Shown here: in pieces, positions 62,030 through 64,000 of the stretch
How the letters are laid out: each line of letters begins with the position of its first letter
How positions within the stretch are numbered: the first letter of the stretch is position 1
Source of the DNA: Candidatus Micrarchaeota archaeon
GTDB taxonomy: Archaea; Micrarchaeota; Micrarchaeia; Micrarchaeales; CABMGC01
Assembly (NCBI GenBank): GCA_027319905.1
Contig: DAHVMJ010000002.1
Coordinates: forward strand, 389 to 64,388
Length of the DNA stretch: 64,000 nt
Direction of reading: 5' to 3'
Made by a program: the position numbers and the translations under genes
The notes under the pieces: generated by a model
What the model saw: only the letters and a program-made list of their open reading frames with translations
What the model was told of the DNA's origin: nothing
Database searches by the model: none

Positions 62030-63064
62030 TCATGATCCCGATATGCAGCTCTGCCTGTAGCTCGCGTTGCTTATCTCGCTGCAGTACGCGCTGTTCGAGT
62101 ACGTGCTGGCAAGCAGGGTATAGCATTCCGCATCCTGCCCCGTGGGCAGCCTCGCGCACAGCGTCGCGTTCCTTGTCTTTACCGCCTGTGAGAGCGTCAC
62201 GTAATCGGCGCACCCCTGCGCATAGGCTCCTGTGCTCGCACACGCGGCCAGCAGCGCGGTGAAGTTCTCGGTGACGTTTGTGCTGCTCGTGCTCGCCTGC
62301 TCGTTGCACAGCGTCGCCGCATCTCCCGCGCTGACGTTTTGGCAGAGCGCGGGGTTGGACGAGCTTGTGGCCAGTGTGATGTAGCAGTAGTCACGCGCGG
62401 TGTAGGTTACGTTCGGCAGGAATGCCAGCACGTCGAGCGCGGTGCCGGCCTGCGCATACGCAGCACTCACCCCCGCGCTTACGTTCCTTATTATGTAGCC
62501 GCTCACGTTCCTGTCGTAGGAGGCGCTGACCTCTGAGCAGAGCATCGCGTTGCTCGTGGCGAAGGCTGCGCGCATCGCTATTATCGATGTGCACTCGCTT
62601 TCATAGGTTGAGTTTGATATGGAAGCGCATAACGCCTCGTTTCCAAGCTTGACCGCCACGCCCGCAGCGCACCTTGAAGCGTACGGCTCTTCGGCGCCGG
62701 CGCACGCGGAATAGTTTCCGCTCGCGACAGCCGTCACATCTATGCACTCTCCAAAAACGCTTCTGTTGCTTATGCCCGAGCACATGCTTGTGCTGTTGCT
62801 TTTCTCAGCCACCTGGACGTAGCACGAATCTGCGAAAGAAACCGGCTCGTAGCCGCATATGCTGGAGTTCTCCTGGGCCAGCGCCAGCCCGGTCAGGCAC
62901 GTGTACCTGCTGCTCTGGATCACCAGCCTGTTGCAGGCTCCAAGACTCGCGCCCTGAGGCACAAGCAGGAACGAGGCAAAAGCGATTATCATGAGCGCTA
63001 TGGTTATTGCAGCATACATCCTGAGCCTCCTCGATCTTTCAGAGCCGTTGCCTTCTTCCCGCAT
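62030..63064 (-). CDS. N-terminally anchored, Cys-rich tandem-repeat extracytoplasmic protein
   Basis: One N-terminal TMH is followed by about 9-10 degenerate units of about 30 aa, each with a Cys pair (e.g. SMCSGISNRSVFGECIDV, ALCASISNSTYESECTSI, AYCSEISNASYRQSCISG). Confidence 0.55.
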   Translation of the reverse strand: MREEGNGSERSRRLRMYAAITIALMIIAFASFLLVPQGASLGACNRLVIQSSRYTCLTGLALAQENSSICGYEPVSFADSCYVQVAEKSNSTSMCSGISNRSVFGECIDVTAVASGNYSACAGAEEPYASRCAAGVAVKLGNEALCASISNSTYESECTSIIAMRAAFATSNAMLCSEVSASYDRNVSGYIIRNVSAGVSAAYAQAGTALDVLAFLPNVTYTARDYCYITLATSSSNPALCQNVSAGDAATLCNEQASTSSTNVTENFTALLAACASTGAYAQGCADYVTLSQAVKTRNATLCARLPTGQDAECYTLLASTYSNSAYCSEISNASYRQSCISGS

Positions 63065-63082
63065 CGAACCAGCTTGAACTTG

Positions 63083-63844
63083 CTATAGGCCCATCTCCTC
63101 TGCGGAGAGTATGCTTACTCCGCCGGGGGTTATCTCGTAGGGGGTTGTCACGAAGCTGTGCTTCGAGCCCCTGGTCTTTATCACTTCCATGGCGAGCATT
63201 CGCTTATCCTCCTCGCCCTTCTCGTACATTATCACTATGTCGTCGAAAACGAAGTACTCCATCTTGAATCTGAGCTCCCTCCTCTCAGGTGTCACCATCT
63301 CCGCGGTAAGGAATGCGGTAACCCCCAGTCTTCGCAGGTTGTTCACCAGCGCGAGCATTGACCTCCTGTACACCACCTGGTCGGAGACGAGCATGTCTAT
63401 CACAGAGAGCGAGTCTATCACTATCCTCTTTGCGCCGCTCGATACCACAACGGACTCTATGTCGGATACGATCTTTCCGAACTCGTACTGCGAGGTGCCG
63501 CTCTCACTGCCGCCGTGCAGCACAGCGGTTGGGTCCTCACCGTCTATTATCAGTTTCTTGCTCTTTATCAGCGCGTCTATGTCCTTGAATTCAGAGAACG
63601 CGGCCTTTGCGTTGGCGAGCACGCGCTCAGGAGTCTCCTCCAGTGCAAAGAAGACAGAGGTCACACCCATCTTTGCGCTTCTGTACAGGTATTCGAACGA
63701 GAGCAGCGTCTTCCCGGCTCCCGGTCCTCCGGCGATTATCACCTGGTTGCCCTCCGGCACTCCGCCGTATAGCATCGCGTCGAGCCCGCTTATCCCTGTC
63801 TTTACCAGATTGGCCAACTGACCACTGACAACTATTACTACCAA
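63083..63844 (-). CDS. KaiC/RadA-superfamily single-domain ATPase
   Basis: TGISGLDAMLYGGVPEGNQVIIAGGPGAGKT (Walker A) and RIVIDSLS (Walker B). An alternative TTG start at 63817 fits the TATA box at 63847-63856 better. Confidence 0.75.
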   Translation of the reverse strand: MVVIVVSGQLANLVKTGISGLDAMLYGGVPEGNQVIIAGGPGAGKTLLSFEYLYRSAKMGVTSVFFALEETPERVLANAKAAFSEFKDIDALIKSKKLIIDGEDPTAVLHGGSESGTSQYEFGKIVSDIESVVVSSGAKRIVIDSLSVIDMLVSDQVVYRRSMLALVNNLRRLGVTAFLTAEMVTPERRELRFKMEYFVFDDIVIMYEKGEEDKRMLAMEVIKTRGSKHSFVTTPYEITPGGVSILSAEEMGL

Positions 63845-64000
63845 TCATTTAAATAATATTCTCGCGGGCCGCAGAGAAAAAATCTTTAAGCATGCGCTGC
63901 CTATGCTTCTCGATAGTGTGAAAAAGAAGTTTCTTTACATAGGGCTCGCGCTGATAGTTGTAGGCATAGCCGTAGGCTTTCTCTCCCCGGGGTTGGCGCT

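Noticed and set aside
63918-64000. A possible 5' end of a plus-strand membrane-protein gene (GTG, then KKKFLYIGLALIVVGIAVGFLSPGLA) running off the window.
   Set aside because: Only about 27 codons are visible, there is no motif, and the start is ambiguous. That is too little evidence to call a feature.

Overview
The window is a gene-dense archaeal chromosomal segment. Archaeal informational genes are present: Topo VI subunit B, aIF2-gamma, S6e, L10e, Cdc48, Nop5, Dph2, archease and an archaeal-type GlyRS. Many genes sit about 25-30 nt downstream of TTTAAATA-type TATA boxes. Gene overlaps, shortened proteins and the surface-protein repertoire suggest a small-genome archaeon, DPANN/Micrarchaeota-like or Thermoplasmata-related. 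I cannot resolve the taxonomy from sequence alone. I call about 68 CDS and 3 tRNAs: Gln-CUG, Cys-GCA and an interrupted or duplicated Ile-GAU. Four accessory themes stand out. (1) A complete type IV pilus-like locus spans 16.5-31.4 kb. It has a FlaI/PilB-type ATPase, a platform protein split into two genes, and a convergent operon of five prepilin-like genes, including 877-aa and 1132-aa multi-LamG proteins and a beta-propeller prepilin. (2) A dispersed family of about 300-aa prepilin-LamG paralogs has near-identical 5' and 3' gene ends and divergent cores. (3) A tRNA-Ile(GAU) gene has a duplicated 5' segment flanking an AT-rich 1.1-kb insertion that encodes a double-motif LAGLIDADG protein. 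(4) Next to that tRNA lies a tightly coupled eight-gene membrane/ATPase operon (38950-43793). Its parts list resembles a minimal VirB2/VirB6/VirB4-type (Ced/Ted-like) transfer apparatus, and I consider it the best candidate for an undescribed system. Separately, at least three genes (top6B, SOD and a prepilin) have conserved N-terminal coding sequence upstream of any ATG/GTG/TTG, which suggests non-canonical initiation. All functional calls rest on motifs read by eye from the translations. No database search was possible.
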